DNA from: Phallusia mammillata | Lineage: Eukaryota | Assembly: GCA_965637545.1 (NCBI GenBank) | Contig: OZ281500.1 | Coordinates: forward strand, 6,324,001 to 6,388,000 | Length of the DNA stretch: 64,000 bases | Reading direction: 5' to 3' | Part shown: positions 36,001-49,900 of the stretch, piece by piece | Layout: the number at the start of each line of letters is the position of its first letter | How positions within the stretch are numbered: the first letter of the stretch is position 1 | Translations under genes and position numbers: made by a program | The notes under the pieces: model-generated | What the model was told of the DNA's origin: nothing | The model's input: only the letters and a program-made list of their open reading frames with translations | Database searches by the model: none

Positions 36001-39000
36001 GATGTCAACAATGTAATAGGGCATAAATGTTGTGTTTATCTTCATTTGATTTACATTTGGACACATTTTCTACCAGGACACAATACAGAAATTTCGAAAG
36101 CTGGTGCAGGAGCTGCAGGAATCCAACAATGAACTGCGAATGAACCAAAACGAGCAAGAAGAAAAATCGGATGCAGAGAGCGTCCAATCACAGCCAGCAC
36201 CGTTTAACTATCAGATTAAGATGGTTGAAACCAAGGTAACCATTTTTAACACGATTTCAATGCCCGATATTCAACAATCATTGCATGAAGTTTCGTCACC
36301 TAATGCTCATGAGCGGAGCGTCTTCCTACGGCCGTCTGGCAAAAATGGGCCAAGAACCAGATGTGATGGAATTTGCGCGATCTGAGGTTTTTCGACTTGC
36401 AGTGTTTTTTAACGTGCTTAACCATTAGTGCGTGTTTGTATAGTAGAAGGTTGCCGTGTCTAACGTTTTTATCAGCGTTGGGGCTACATACAAAAAAAAC
36501 GCTTCGAGGGAGGAGTCTTTAGTCTTCGGTTTAGTCCACTGTAACGTACTTTACCAAAGCAAATGCATCGTGATGTAAATACGCACAATCTACTGTAATT
36601 TTGAATTCAAAACATGGCGCAAAATGTCATGCTGCGAGCTTAGGACTATTGGGAACCTATGTTTCATACTGTCAACAAACGTTAGCCTTGGAAAATGGAC
36701 AGTACTAAATTACTGTTGTTACATTCACATGGTATCGACGTCAGCAAAATGCACAAAGGTAGTTGGTAAAGTAGGCCACGGGTTTCAATTTTTTTGCCAT
36801 ACTGAAATGTGTTTGTTTCATAAAAGTCGTGTGTTTAAAACTAGCACTAACCACTTTCTTATTTCTGTTGGTCTAAAGATTTCTCAAAATATTTTTGATT
36901 TAAAGTCTGAATTTAATCACCTTCGAGTGCTTTTTTTACGGTTTGGATGCCAAACCTTTTAAAACAGCGATACAATTGTTTAACATGTGTTTTAAATTGC
37001 AAGTAATTAACATGTAGGGTAGAGTGTGTGCAATACTGTACATTGCATATAAAGTATATACTAGACCAGTGGTTCCTAACCGGGGAGGAATTCCACCCTA
37101 GGGAGGAATTTAATGAGTTCAGGGGAGGAATTTTATAAAAACTGTGAAAAAATTACATTAGAAATGTTACAGAATATTTTTGTACATACATTAGGGATGT
37201 CCATTATAATTTGGAACCGGTTGTATAGGATTCTAAAATGAACCTCCCTAATTACAAGGTTTATTTCAAATTGCTATAATTTTTTATGTTATATTTGTTT
37301 TTCTTCTTATGGGGTGGAATGAATAGTTCGAAATTGTGCCAAGGGATGAATGTAACAAAAAAGGTTGGGAACCACTGTACTAGACAATACGTTTAAATAT
37401 TCCATTGGGCAACTGTTTTTTTATCTATAGGTTGCCTCATGAATAATCCATGGCCTTTGCTTTTGTGATTCAGGCTGCTGCTCGTTCGATCGACCACGAA
37501 TTGCGAAAGCTCGAAGCATCACAAGCGAACACACACTCCCAGCTTTTACGTCTCTTCATGCCTGCTACGTTCACTAGGAGGGGCGGGGACGGAGACTGCC
37601 TCCTCGTTCTACTGCTTGTCGAGCGTATTGCCAAGAAATCACAGATATTAGGTAATTTACTGAGTACTCTTCATACATTTTTATTGCGTATTTGACTGTA
37701 CCAACATCTGCTATAAAATCATCGTTTTTCAAAGTTGCGTCCGCAGAGCGTATAAGTTTTACATTATCGTTATTGCATTGAAAAAAGGTTGGGCTTAGGT
37801 TTTAGACACTTTGTTGATTAACGCATACATAGTCCCGACTTATTGCTTGACATTTTAAAGCAGTGATCCTCAAACTGTGTGCCGTGATAGATTTTCAAGT
37901 GTGCCGCGAAATACTCCCTATTTTGAAGTGCAAACATTCCCTGATGTTTTAGGACTTCATGACGAAATACTGGTGTACTTGACAACGTTTCAAATCTCTA
38001 TATTTTTGTTATTGGTAATGAAAAGGATCCTTACCCACCATAATAAAGTTGAAAGTGACCATTCTTGCGAAGTGTGCCGCGGAAGGAAGTTTTAGTTTTT
38101 CTATGCGCCGCACGCTTAAAACGTTTGAGAACCACTGCTTTATAGCGAGTCCCGAGAAATCAAAGATAAGCCTTTGGATTTTGGGGGTCATGTGTTCAAA
38201 AATTGGTGATTCTAAACGCATTTTTAGGTTACACAAAATTGGCACTGAAAGCTGCTCAGAAACAAAACAAGAACTACAACGTTTGCTAGAATTGTACTTA
38301 AATAGTTAAGCGGGCCACATATAAAATGCAAATGTCTCGGTGGGCTTTACAGCCGTTATCCAATGGCTTGCATTCGGTTTGCGGGTCGCATTTGCACACC
38401 TCCGATTTAAATATTAAACTTAAAATATAATTGCTTAATTGGAGTTGCAAAAAATATGCATTGTTATCTAAACTAACTTTCCTATTTTTGTGAAGCCAAG
38501 CATATTGGGGAAAGGTTTAACGTTGAGTCAGACCAAGATGGGGAAACGGATTTGATTGGCTCCCGCGGAGATCAGCTGACTTTTGCCACTGACGTCATCA
38601 ACAACTTAATTCGACTGCAGGTTTTGTTGGAACGCTATTTCGAGTAAGTACTTTTACTTTGGGAAAAATATGTACATATAAATGATCTCAGATACATGTC
38701 AATATATACTGAACTTTATGTGTTAAGGTTTCTGTACAGTAAGTCCACGCCAGGTCGATTCAAAGGCGTTATACCGATTTAGCTTGTTACCAAGCATCCC
38801 CCTCTCGTACTATGCTTTAGTAGTGTGCCGTAATGGCTGATCTGTACAGACGCTTAGGCCGGATTTCAGTTACGAATTTATGTTTTCATCTTAACCGATT
38901 ACATTTTGTCTATCTAGCCATTTTAAAGTATAAGGAATAATAGCATTGCCTGGAATTTGGACCATGACTATAGGGTAACCGCGGAATTGTTATGTTCGCA

Positions 39001-42000
39001 GGGCAATGGGTAAATGTTCGGTGGAGTTGTTCCAGAAGATAGGAACGCTTTATGCGGAGATGTGTCCCCATGAACGGGTGTTGGATTTCCTGGCTGATCA
39101 ACTGAGAAAAGATAGCCTTGATGAAACAACCAACACAGAGCAACTCCAGAAAGCTATTCAATTCTTTCAGGTAGGGTAAAAAACGTTGAAAAAATGCCGT
39201 TGCCAGAAAATTTTAATTAGACATCAGTTATTAGAACAAATACACGCATAAAGACATTTTTGTAAAACCGCCTTTTTGCCAGGAAAATAGAATAAATGTT
39301 TTCAACTCTATTGTCCTGTTTGATAAACGTTAAGTATATTAATCTATGTGGGACTATGGTGTACTAACTGATATAATTTTTGTCATTAGCACCTTTTCAC
39401 TGTACATCTGAGTCATGAAAATTACGACTGCAATGGTGAATTGGAGCAACATCTCGACCTGAGCAATGCTTGTATTGCTGCTATTTCGATCAACACGAAA
39501 CGAATCAAGGCATACATGCAAGTAAGATATAAATTTTGGTAGGGGCCCTATTCAGTACTGCAGACCTTAAAAACATATTTTAAATTCACACAAAATACCC
39601 AACTTTGAAGACGTCGTAATACGGTTTAACATTGAGAATAAATCTAATTATGGCGAAGTCATTCAAATAAATACTTACATTAATAAACTTATTAAAGTTT
39701 CAACTATTGATACTGTGTTGTATTTTAACAAACTCCTCAAATCAAATAGTCAAGCATGTCGTATACGTCCCACTCTTGCCATAAATAAACCATATAAGCT
39801 TACATTTAATGGTAAAAGAAATTTTGGGACGAAATATGACTGCGTTTCTTTCTCAGTAAATTTTTTACACTGATTCATGTTGTCACAGCCGGGGCACGAA
39901 ACCAGCGACGTTTCGATTTTGGCGAAGGACATGACGACGTCATGCGACGACATACGTCAGTTCTGCAAAAAGGTGAAACGTCGAATGCCTCAACCCAACT
40001 CTACAACAAGACTCCAGTTTGACGAGGAGGTGCGGATTATATGTGTATAAAATCACTTCCAAAAATTATCAAGAAATTAAATCATAAATTAAACCCTATA
40101 CCTGTCAGTTATGATACGCCAGGCCTATTAACAGCGTTGTACTGAGTCAAGCCAGGTCTTACAAGCATGGTAATACATATAGGCTAGAAATCTTTTTTTA
40201 GGTGTATTTTTTATGATCTAAAGACAGCTTTTGTAATGGATTAGAAAACTCGTCGTATTGGTGTCTTGTTTTACAACCTACTCTTAACAGGTTAAAACAC
40301 GACTAGCTAACAGTTGCCGGGAGCTGGATATTGTGCACAAGTGCGCCCTCGCGTGGACTCGCATGTGTTCGAGGAAAAGTGGGGCGAGTGAAGCTGCCAA
40401 GTTCACAGGGAAGATGCTGCAGGATTTTCTCGAACAAAGCGCTGATAAGGTAGACTCAGACCCACATAAAAATTGTGTTTTAAACCGTCTCCTTTTTTGC
40501 ACACTGCAGGATTTATTCACACAATATTATTGCCAGTTGTTTGATACAATGCAAAATGGTAGTGAATGTAAAATCTAAGTAAATTAAAAGCTCTGTTCCA
40601 TGTAACACAGAAAAACAAAGCAACGCCTGAGACCAAAATTAGTTTGATATAAATCTCATCAATGTAAAAATTTTTTTAATTTGAATAAAATACTCAAAAA
40701 TGTTAACCTTAGAAAATTTGAAAAACTTTGGGTAACATTGAAACTGACGTTTTTCATGCAGAGTGGGGATGCACCGAATCCATTTGACGCGATTCGTCTG
40801 TCGCTTGGCAACGTGATGGCGACGATGAACGGGCTTGTGACGTCAATGCAGGAAGGAGAGTACGACAATAAAGATCCTCGACCAAAGGTTTGTTTCCAAC
40901 ACCAAAATTCTTGGTTCGGTTCACAAGAACGCTATTGATAGCGTCAACGATAAAGGTCATGTTCAAAGGTTTTGTTTAAATTACCGTTTTGTGTAAGGGT
41001 GACGTTGATTTGGTGACGTGATTATGTTATCGACGAATAATAATTGAAAAACTATATGCGTATAAATAAGTAAAAAATATTTGTAGAAAGTTTATGCGCT
41101 GGCTGCTTAAATACGTAGAGTGTTATGTCAAAATTTTATCGTATTTAGTTTTTAAAAGTTTCGACATTGTGCGTTCGTTTCATGCTGGTTGCTGTTGACA
41201 GGTTGTTTGTGGAACGCATTTTTTAGGTATATTTTGTCCTACTTAAATCATTGTTTTTTTTTATTAAATTAGTTTTTAGCATTTGCAAACTACCCGTGTT
41301 TTTTACAGATTGTAGATCCTGTGGAGAAACGCGCCCAGGCGGTTAAATCCGAAATGATGGATTCGGAAGGACTGGTTGCAAAGATCGGGGATAAGGATGT
41401 TGCCATCAACGAGTTAAGAGCAGCATTGAAAATTAAGACAGAGGAAGTATCGGAATCAAAGATCCGAATCGGTGAGAATTTGACATGTTTTATTTTCACA
41501 ACCTGTTACTATGAGCTGTTAACCTTTGTTAAAAGCATAACTGCCCGTGAGCTTGTGTTTACAGGATGTGCCAAAAGTGTTTTTTGGCAGTTATGATTTC
41601 GATTAAACTACTTTTCAAGTCCGTTTACATTGTTCATAACTATTGATCTTTGGCATACAGTAAATCTCGGTTAAACCTTAGCCTAATTTGGACAAAACTT
41701 AAGGTACAAATGACTTGAAATGTGGCAAGGCTTCTATTAATCGACATCGGTTAATCCGGATCTTCGCCTAATCCTGAATTTTTTTGGTCCAAACGGGTCC
41801 GGATTAACCGAGGTTTACTTTATTTCTATTTTCCGCCAAATTTTTTTTAGGGATAACCATTTGGCGATCTCTTTGTGTGAGTCATGAAACTAGCTATATT
41901 TTATTTTTTAAGGAATGCTGGAGCGCAAAGTGGACAAGGCGACCAAGGAAGGAAATGAGAAAGCAAGTCTTGTGCAGCAAAAGTTGGATTCACTTACCGA

Positions 42001-44740
42001 AGATATCAAAAAGAAAGAAAAGTAAGTACAGCAGCTTCACGGTCAGGGATAAAACTGCACGATGATCGCGCTTTCAACTTTTTCAAACGCTGTTGCTACA
42101 GTTTTTAATGCTATAGGTCAGACTTAAGTGCTTTTGGCCCAATTTTTAGCTTCGAACCGAGACGTTTGAACAGGGTTGAGCAGTCGGTGGACTGAACTCC
42201 GACTCATAAAAAAAATTCCCACTCCTTGTTAATAATAATATCAACATACAATCGACACGCTGATGGGTATAATTGTTTAAGAAATTAGTCAATAATAATA
42301 GCTTATAATTCTTCAAAAAAATAATAAACAAATTTAATGATCAATTTATGATTTTTTTTTAGTTTACAATAGTCCAATTAAATTAAGAAATCTGAGTCGG
42401 ATTCATGAAATTTCCACCATCTCTCAACTCTCCAGCCCTGCATTTTAAGCACCTTTATCACAAATACAATGTTCAGTGGTAGTAAAACATTCTAAAACTT
42501 ATTCGTTATTACTCAGAGAATACGACGACACGTTGGATGCTCTGCAGAACGACATTGATACCTTGGAGATGGAAAAAGCCGAACTAAAGCAGAGACTTGC
42601 CGCTCAAGCGAAGAAAGATGTGTTTTCGAGGTTGGGTATGACCTCCAGTGGACTTGGGTCAGCTAAACCGGGCGCAGCTGCTGGGATCGCCTCTATGCTT
42701 GCTTCATCTGGTACCCCAGGTTAGTAGATTGCTTTCAGATGGGCAAGCTGTCAGTTCAAATGTTGTAACGCTGAAATCGAATAAATTACCGTATTTTTTA
42801 AAACTCAAAACCAGATGTTTTGCAGGATTTGTGGTATCTGTAGGGGAGTGTTGGTTTTAAACAGTGCTCAACACTAATAAAAGAAGGTTCAAGTTTTTTG
42901 ACAACTGTTAAATAAACGTTGATTTGAAACAGCGGTTCCCACCATCGTAACAAACTCCTCAAGAATTGAAAATATTTTTGTTCCTCCTCAAAATAACTGC
43001 AATATACAACCACAAGCTTTCGGAGTCATTTCGGTCAAATAACTTGGATCATATGTTACGATATACTTGTCGTTGAATAGGCACCTTTTTATCCATACAT
43101 TGGGCACCGTGTAACCCATATGTTTGATTTTTAGTGTCGGTGACTGACTCGCCCTTGATGACTCAGCAAATTCGAACCCTCCAAGCAGCACTGCGAGCAA
43201 AGAGTATAGAATGCAGTCGACTAACAGGCGAGAAAATGGTCAAGGAACTAAAGGTCAGATTGCAAACACAAAAGTTCAAAAACTTTTTTTGTGTTTTAAT
43301 TGTAAATGTTTGGGCGTAGTAGGTGCAAAAAATGATATTTACCGCTAAATAATATTTATACGTTGATGTATTAATCCTTTTCATGACGATTTTTATGTTT
43401 ATAGAACCTTGTAAGCCTTGTGACTGGTATCAACGTTTTAAGTGTCCATTGTTATGCCTGCAACCGATTTAAATTTTCACAATTTGAACGCCTTATAAAA
43501 GACAAAGCGCTTGTCAAGCAAAACTTTCTATAAATTAACACAGAACTTAGTTTTGGTCCAAATTTAATGCTTCCACGTTTTGACAAACTACGCTTTGCAC
43601 AGATGTTAAGTCCACTGAGGGCCATTGGAGATCAAAAAACAAAAATGTCAGACGAACGTGTCCAGTTACGTCAGGAAGTACGTCAACTTACCGGTACACT
43701 CCAACAACTTGCAATTCCATCGGTCATCGACATCAGCAAACGAAAACCAGGTGATTTTTCCAAGCAATTTCTAGTATACGCTGAAGACAACTTTGTAACC
43801 TGTTGGGGATCTGTGTTGTGTTTCTTTATGCTTGAAAAACTCATACCCTGTGTTCCATAAAAGTAGGATTGCAAGTTGTCTATAAAGTGGATTAGGGTAA
43901 AACTTGTTCTTGAACTGCTACGAAAATTGGCATTTTGAAATCCTTAGAATTATAATTAAAACTTTTAAGATCAGGAAAGGTGTTCTGGAAATGTTTAAAT
44001 TTGCACAATAATTTGAAAGTATCATGGCACGTCACTAACTCCAGAATGATTGTCAGGTCTGTACCCAACTGGTAGTGCATCGCCCCAAGCGAAACTTGCC
44101 CAGCAAAAGTGGGAATCGAAAGTTGCACAAGAAAAACTCAACGATCTCGAGTCGAAAGCCCGACAACTCTTTGCCAGTGAGAGGAAAAGCCAAGTGGAGG
44201 GACAGTTTGCATCATTCCCTTCGCCACAATTCGTACAGGTATCAGTTTATTAATGTGATAAAAAAGAAGCTGTAGACAATGCACACTGCATGGTTTGATC
44301 TATAATGTCTCATCAGTGCAGCTGCTGACTAAGTATTGAACATATAGGCTGGTGTGGACACAATACGGCTTTTCAGTTTGTTGAGAATATCAGCCTGAAA
44401 AGCTTTGCCTCTCTAAATCTGTTCGAAGTCACAACTTCGCATAAACCAAAGATACTAGCCCACCACATGTGCTAATAATTTATAGACTAGCGTTTTTGTA
44501 AACAAAACCTGGAAAATAAACCATAAAATGGTATGTACTTTATAAAATGTCTTATGTTCATCAACTAAACAAATGGTTGTGTTGCAGAGTTTGGCTACTG
44601 GCGGCGCTAGACACATCGGCTCGCTTAGTCTGAAATCCACGGCATCATCTGGTGGGCGTAACGACGACGGTCCACAAGTGTTCCTCGATTCGACACGGTT
44701 TCGGCAAATACACGATCTTGCATTACGAATGAGCACTTAA
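30025..44740 (+). CDS. DCTN1: Dynactin subunit 1 (p150Glued), 26 exons, 1233 aa
   Basis: Exons 30025-30122, 30620-30714, 30805-30873, 31370-31586, 33348-33456, 33585-33710, 33830-33958, 34043-34197, 34492-34618, 34939-35076, 35529-35678, 36077-36235, 37474-37651, 38496-38643, 39002-39170, 39390-39521, 39889-40029, 40291-40449, 40762-40887, 41309-41471, 41913-42021, 42517-42719, 43135-43253, 43603-43750, 44057-44238, 44588-44740. Sum 3702 nt, open throughout. N-terminal CAP-Gly ([25 protein letters not shown]), coiled coil CC1 ([32 protein letters not shown]), dynactin domain, CC2 and C-terminus. Confidence 0.95.
31612..32707. mobile_element. Non-autonomous CATAGGCG-ended TIR element (8-bp TSD) in DCTN1 intron 4
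   Basis: Perfect TIRs CATAGGCGTCGATTT/AAATCGACGCCTATG; perfect TSD ACTGCAGC. Confidence 0.9.
32155..32533. mobile_element. Buster-type hAT MITE nested in 31612-32707
   Basis: Ends CAGGGGTCACCAAAC...TTTAGTGGCCCCTG; perfect TSD GTTTAACC. Confidence 0.88.
32824..33168. mobile_element. Buster-type hAT MITE (GGGCCG family)
   Basis: TIRs CAGGGGTGGCCAAAC...GTTTGGCCACCACTG; perfect TSD GTCTAGAT. Confidence 0.9.
35308..35480. mobile_element. Degenerate hAT MITE
   Basis: Ends CAGTGTTTCTCAACC...GGTTGAAAACAGTG; TSD not convincing. Confidence 0.4.
37067..37377. mobile_element. Buster-type hAT MITE (GGGGAGGAATT family)
   Basis: TIRs CAGTGGTTCCTAACC...GGTTGGGAACCACTG; perfect TSD TACTAGAC. Confidence 0.9.
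37861..38137. mobile_element. Buster-type hAT MITE (TGTGCCGC family)
   Basis: Collinear with 18408-18724; TIRs CAGTGATCCTCAAAC...GTTTGAGAACCACTG; TSD TTTTAAAG/CTTTATAG (2 mismatches). Confidence 0.85.
41658..41820. mobile_element. Tc1/mariner(pogo)-like MITE
   Basis: TA|CAGTAAATCTCGGTTAA...TTAACCGAGGTTTACTT|TA; internal CCGGAT motifs shared with 24539-24708. Confidence 0.75.
42171..42440. mobile_element. Older hAT-like MITE (CAGGGCTGGAG/GAGTCGGA family)
   Basis: Ends CAGGGTTGAG...CTCCAGCCCTG; internal inverted TCCGACTCA/TGAGTCGGA; degenerate TSD CGTTTGAA/CATTTTAA. Confidence 0.6.
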
Positions 44741-45479
44741 TCACCCTTACCTAAAACGAGCTTTTGCACCAACTGTGCTAGTTACGTCGAAACAGTTTTC
44801 TGCAATGTCCTATAGGCTGCTCGCAGTAATTATCTATAAGCAACTTCGGTTACTACTAATACTTTGTTTTCATTGCCTAAAATAAGAATCACGTATAATA
44901 GCTGCTGGTCACAAGTTTTGACTTTTGTATTTGCTTTCCATGTCGAAGACGCCTATAGTAATTACGAATTAATGCATGGTAGCGCTTTATTACTTGCAAG
45001 TGGCAACTTAATTTAAGTTTTTGTAGCGCTTGTGAATGTTTCATGATAGTTCCTCTTTTCTTTTGCTGTCAACCCAATAAATGTCCACAGTGTTTGGTAT
45101 TGTATTGTAATTACCCATCAGTGTATAGATGGGCATTAAGCGGAACGAAAGGTTGAATATTTATCCATTTGTTGTTATTCCGTTTGGCGATAAAAGCTGC
45201 TCTATCAAAAGCTTTCATTGACACTTACAATGTATGAATCGGCAAACAAGGTACAAGTTTAGTTTTTAAGTAGCGAAAACCATAGTCTTGCCAAGAGGCA
45301 AAAAATCTACACATTTGTACATACGTCTTGCATACAGTTGCTGGCATGTGTATGTTGAAATATTTTTTAGTTTATTAGTAAGTTGTTAGTGCATAGTATG
45401 CAATCACAGAAAGGCTTTGTGAAAAGCGGTTGCTTCAGTCAAATATGTCGGTCTGATCCACGGTCCCTCACTTTTAATT

Positions 45480-46260
45480 GCGTAATGCGCTAGCGGCGCT
45501 CGTGTGCCGGCGCGACCAAGCAGCGCGTTTGTTTACCTTGCGCACACAACGTTTCTGATTCGGGTTAATTTACGACAAGTGTAAGCGCGAAGCACCTTTT
45601 AATGACTGCTGAACAGGTGACAACGAGCATGTAAGGGAAGTTTAACATAAGGTTATGAATCATAGCTCCAAAGTGTAGTGGTAAAGTGATTGTTGGCTTT
45701 ACTGGACAGTTTGATCATTGAATTTGGATCTGTAGCAGTCAGAGGCGTAAATAATTCGGCAGTATTTTGATCGCGGTATAGTTAACCAGTAGCTATGCTA
45801 ATAATCAACATCCAGTTGTATGAAGTGTGGCAAATCAAGTGTATTTAGCAGTTTGACCTTGATACTATGGGCCGGGCACATTCCTATGACTTGACATGGG
45901 GAACGCCTTAACTTTGGTGCACGGTTTAACGTTGTGTCACGCCTGGGCGGCGCGGAAAAACGGCCGTTCTGGCGACCAGAGAGTCTCAAGCGTACCCCGG
46001 GGGTGCGTACGAAAGAGCATACGCGTGTTCCATGCTCTGGATAGCAGTCATCTCGCGATCTTCGAGAGTGGCTCGTTCAGGCGGAACGGGCCCTTTCGTC
46101 GGCCTCTCCTCGCAACAGCGTTTTATTGTTGCGCGCTTGAGAGTGTCCCAATTTGGGTTATACGTGTTTGCATAGCCTCTGTTTTATGGGTGCGTGGTCA
46201 GAAATAAGTGGCGATCCTGTTTCGTGTTGCTAACAGTCGCCAGTGTCAGTGGTACAGTGT
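45480..46260 (+). promoter_or_regulatory. CpG/GC-rich putative promoter and 5'UTR region of ARHGEF17
   Basis: Visibly GC- and CpG-rich stretch between the DCTN1 3' end and the ARHGEF17 ATG, with no credible ORF. The TSS cannot be determined from sequence. Confidence 0.4.
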
Positions 46261-46909
46261 CGTATTTTTTTAGTACGTAACCTTGGAATTTGTGAGCTAA
46301 ATAGCAAAACAGCCGAATGGCATCCATTTAGTCAGGAAAGCAGATTGTTTAAATTCAGGCATAAATGGGAGTTAGTGGCTAGGTCGCATTTTTTTACTGT
46401 AGCCGCATACTGTTAACAGAATTTCTAGCTAAACTTAGCTTTATCTGTCAACCAGTATTAAATAAGTTTATTTCGTTTTTAAACATGTATGCCAGAATGC
46501 CCAAACGGGTGTTACAAACACAAATAAGTTATGTGATTTAAAATTCATGTTGTGTTTAACGTCAACCACAGTTGCATAACTTAGGAGGCCAATTAGTTAA
46601 ATTCATCTACCAACGAACAAGTTAATTCGCTTAACGCCGAATATTTCCAGCGAAATCCATGCCCTTGGGGCTTAATTCAACCAGATATTCTTTCTCAAAT
46701 TGGTGTGCCCTCGATCACGTTATTTCGCTTCTCGTTACCTGTCTGTACTTGGAGCCTTTTACAGGTGGCGTTATTAAAGTTCAGGTGATATCTGACATTC
46801 AATAATTGGATTTACAAACCCAAAATGAAAGTTTGATTTGATACGCGTACCAGTCAAAATTTTGGATTATGGTTTAACGTAGAAGTGACAGTTTAAATTC
46901 GGAAAAAAT

Positions 46910-49900
46910 ATGGAAAATCAAGACAAAGAAAACCAAGTATCACCAGATGAAGTTCAACGACGACTTCAAGCTCGGGGCCTGCTCACGACGGTCTTGCCTC
47001 GATCCAGAGGCCAATCACCCGCGAGAGCCGCCGTCGCTTATGGCAACCCAGACTCACTTCCAGGCTCGGCTGGAAACAGTCCTAACCCGATTCGACGCGA
47101 CCTCACCGACCGTCATCGTCCTGATTCGCCAATCATTCGTGAAGGTGGAGAAGTTAAGATTCCTGGTGAGGACGAATTCAATCAGATGTTTGATTCAGTT
47201 CGATCGCGCGATCTTGCAAACGGCAGCAGTAAAGAATACTCGCTGGTCGCTGCTTTTAGCAAGGTTTCTAAAGTGTTAGATCCACCAACGCTAACAGCCG
47301 AAAGCACCGAGTATAACCCAACCCCTGATCCGACCGCTCGCCAGAGCGAGAGAGCTGATACACTTTCCAATATTGATCGAAGTCGCCCGCAACATGAAAG
47401 GGATTTCATTTCGCTTTTTTCCAAGCCAGGCAGCCAGACGACGCAATCCCAAGAACCTCTACACGAGATAGATAACACAGCTGAGAAAAGGGGAAACGAT
47501 AGCAGTCGAGCTATGGGACGGCGGCGACGAAACCGTCCACCGGGCACCAGAACCAGGCGTCAACAGCTTGAGAACTCGCAGCGAATTGACGAGGACGATA
47601 ACTCTGCCAATAATGCCTCCTCGGGTCAAAACAAGCCGTATTTACCGTCATACATTCAGCCTGTTACCAAAGCTACTCGCCAGGTTGGGGCTCCGAATGA
47701 ATACAGTGCTCATGTGCCGAAAACTAACCAGGCACAGAGTATTGCAACGAACTCACTGTCTGAAGTGCATCGTAGGCCGCCTAGAAAAGGTTTTGTAAAG
47801 CGCCAACGTGCGCGCCCCGGCGACAATCGATTGTCAAGCAGCACGAGCGGCGACAGCAGTGACGAGGCCGTAGAGAAAGTACCGAAACGCTTTAATGAAA
47901 GCGCCGGACCTGACAGGGTTGATGATGAACATGGCGCTCATCCAGTTCAGCGGTCTAGGATAAGAACAAGACAACGCCAAAGGTCGAAAGCAGCTCAACA
48001 GCAAGTGGTGTCACATCCCGATTACGTAGGAGGCAGGGACCGCAAGATTTCACAGCCTTTAATGCCATCGTCAAAACAATCAAATTTTCCGAGCCACTTG
48101 AATGATCGACATACCAATAGGAAACAATATTTGACCGAAGAGGTCGATAAATACTCTACGCTGCCCGCTAACTTCCGTCAATCACTCGGGCCAAACGTCG
48201 CAGAGCAGCCACTCTCGACAACAACCGATCAGTCAAAGCCAAACGGACATAAGCAGTCAGGCAAACTGCTCGATGATATAAATCAGAATATTTTGCCGAA
48301 TCGTCACGAGTTAATCATTAGTGGCGAGCAAACATCGGTCTCGTCTGAAGGCAGGGCGAAAGCAAGAAACGCCGTTCACCAAAGCAACGCAAATCAATCA
48401 CAAACGAAACCAGCACCGACAAACGTAGTTCTACAAAGCAACAAGGCTAGTACAAGAGTTGACGTACAAGGCGCTGCCCCGGGGCGTAAAGGATCTATAG
48501 ACAAGACCGCAGTACAACTGCCCCAGAACAAACGTACAATTGGTGACTTGCGAAATCTTTTTGACAGCACGGACGGCCCTCCGAAGACAGAGTTTGGACA
48601 GGTGTTTAACGGCAGCAGCAGCAAAAAGCACGCAACACCTGCAAGGGCAAGCTCATCACGAAAGTCTAGTGTTTCTGAACAGCAACATGAGGTGCCAGAA
48701 GTAGTATACAGACCACGTATGATAGAAGCCCGCAAAGTTGGCGAGGATTATTGGCCTCGGGATGAGGACACAGAAAAGCTGCTTAACCGAAATTATGTAA
48801 ATGTCAAGAATCCGGACGACCTTGCTCACCCAGGTCGTTTGTCAGGTAACGACTTTACTGACATGGATAATTCAAGCAGTATGTACAATGGCCACGAAGA
48901 CGTAGATACGACTGGAGTTCCCACTGTACCTGTGCATTCTCCAAAAGAAACGAATCTGAATGACGGTGAAAATACCTACTTCAGTGAAACCCCAAACAAC
49001 ATCAGCCAATCAATGCCTACCATACCAGGTCACATTAGTACTAAGGTGGATTTATCTATAAAGAAACAGTCATCAATTGAAGCACCTCTACCAACATCAA
49101 TAAAAAATATAGAAAGCAACAGTGACCCACAACAACTACATGGTAAGAAACTAACATGGAATTTTGATGAACCTGATGCAAAATTAAAGCAATTTAATCC
49201 AACAGATGTTGGTGACAGATTTATCCCTACTTCACAAATTACAGAACAAGTACTGAAAGACATCACTGAAAGTCTGCATGACATCTCTATTGGTGGCAAG
49301 AAAGTATATCAGGCCCCTACGTTGGACATATCAGTTGTTCCTCAAGTTACTGAAAGTAATCAAGATGATACAACAAGCGTCTTGGACATCCCTTCCAAGA
49401 TTACCTCTTCAAGGAAAAGCAGTGTAGTGTCACAATCAACTGCTCTTCCCAGAAAGTCAACATCTCAACAGCCAGGCCTTCCCATGGAAACTGGTGATAT
49501 TGATGAGGGGTGTTTCACAGAGGAGGACACAGCAAACCGACCTCATTCAATAGACCAAGACACAGCACTATTGTGTTCTGTCAAGGGACTTACAAATGGA
49601 GTAGAAGCTGCTGTCAGAAGGAGAAGAAAATATTCAGCTGGAACGCAGGGTACATCCGATTCAACCAGTATCAGTACTGGAGCAGAATCAAGTAGGTCGT
49701 TAAGTGACCCTATGCCCCATGGAAACATCCCCATTCAGGAGCCAGGTGATGACTTTTTGGGACATATTGAAGGTAAGAAGGGTCATCCGCTTGACAACTC
49801 AGTTAGTGACCTGTCAAATTATAGTGAAAATATTCTAGTGCAAGATGACTTTGATGAAAATATTCATGACACTGAACTGGGTCATACAGACTTTAAGAAA

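Noticed and set aside
42826-43033. DCTN1 micro-exons (42826-42849 GFVVSVGE; 43017-43033)
   Set aside because: Exons 22 and 23 already join in frame. The first candidate has a weak donor and the second is phase-incompatible; RNA-seq would be needed.
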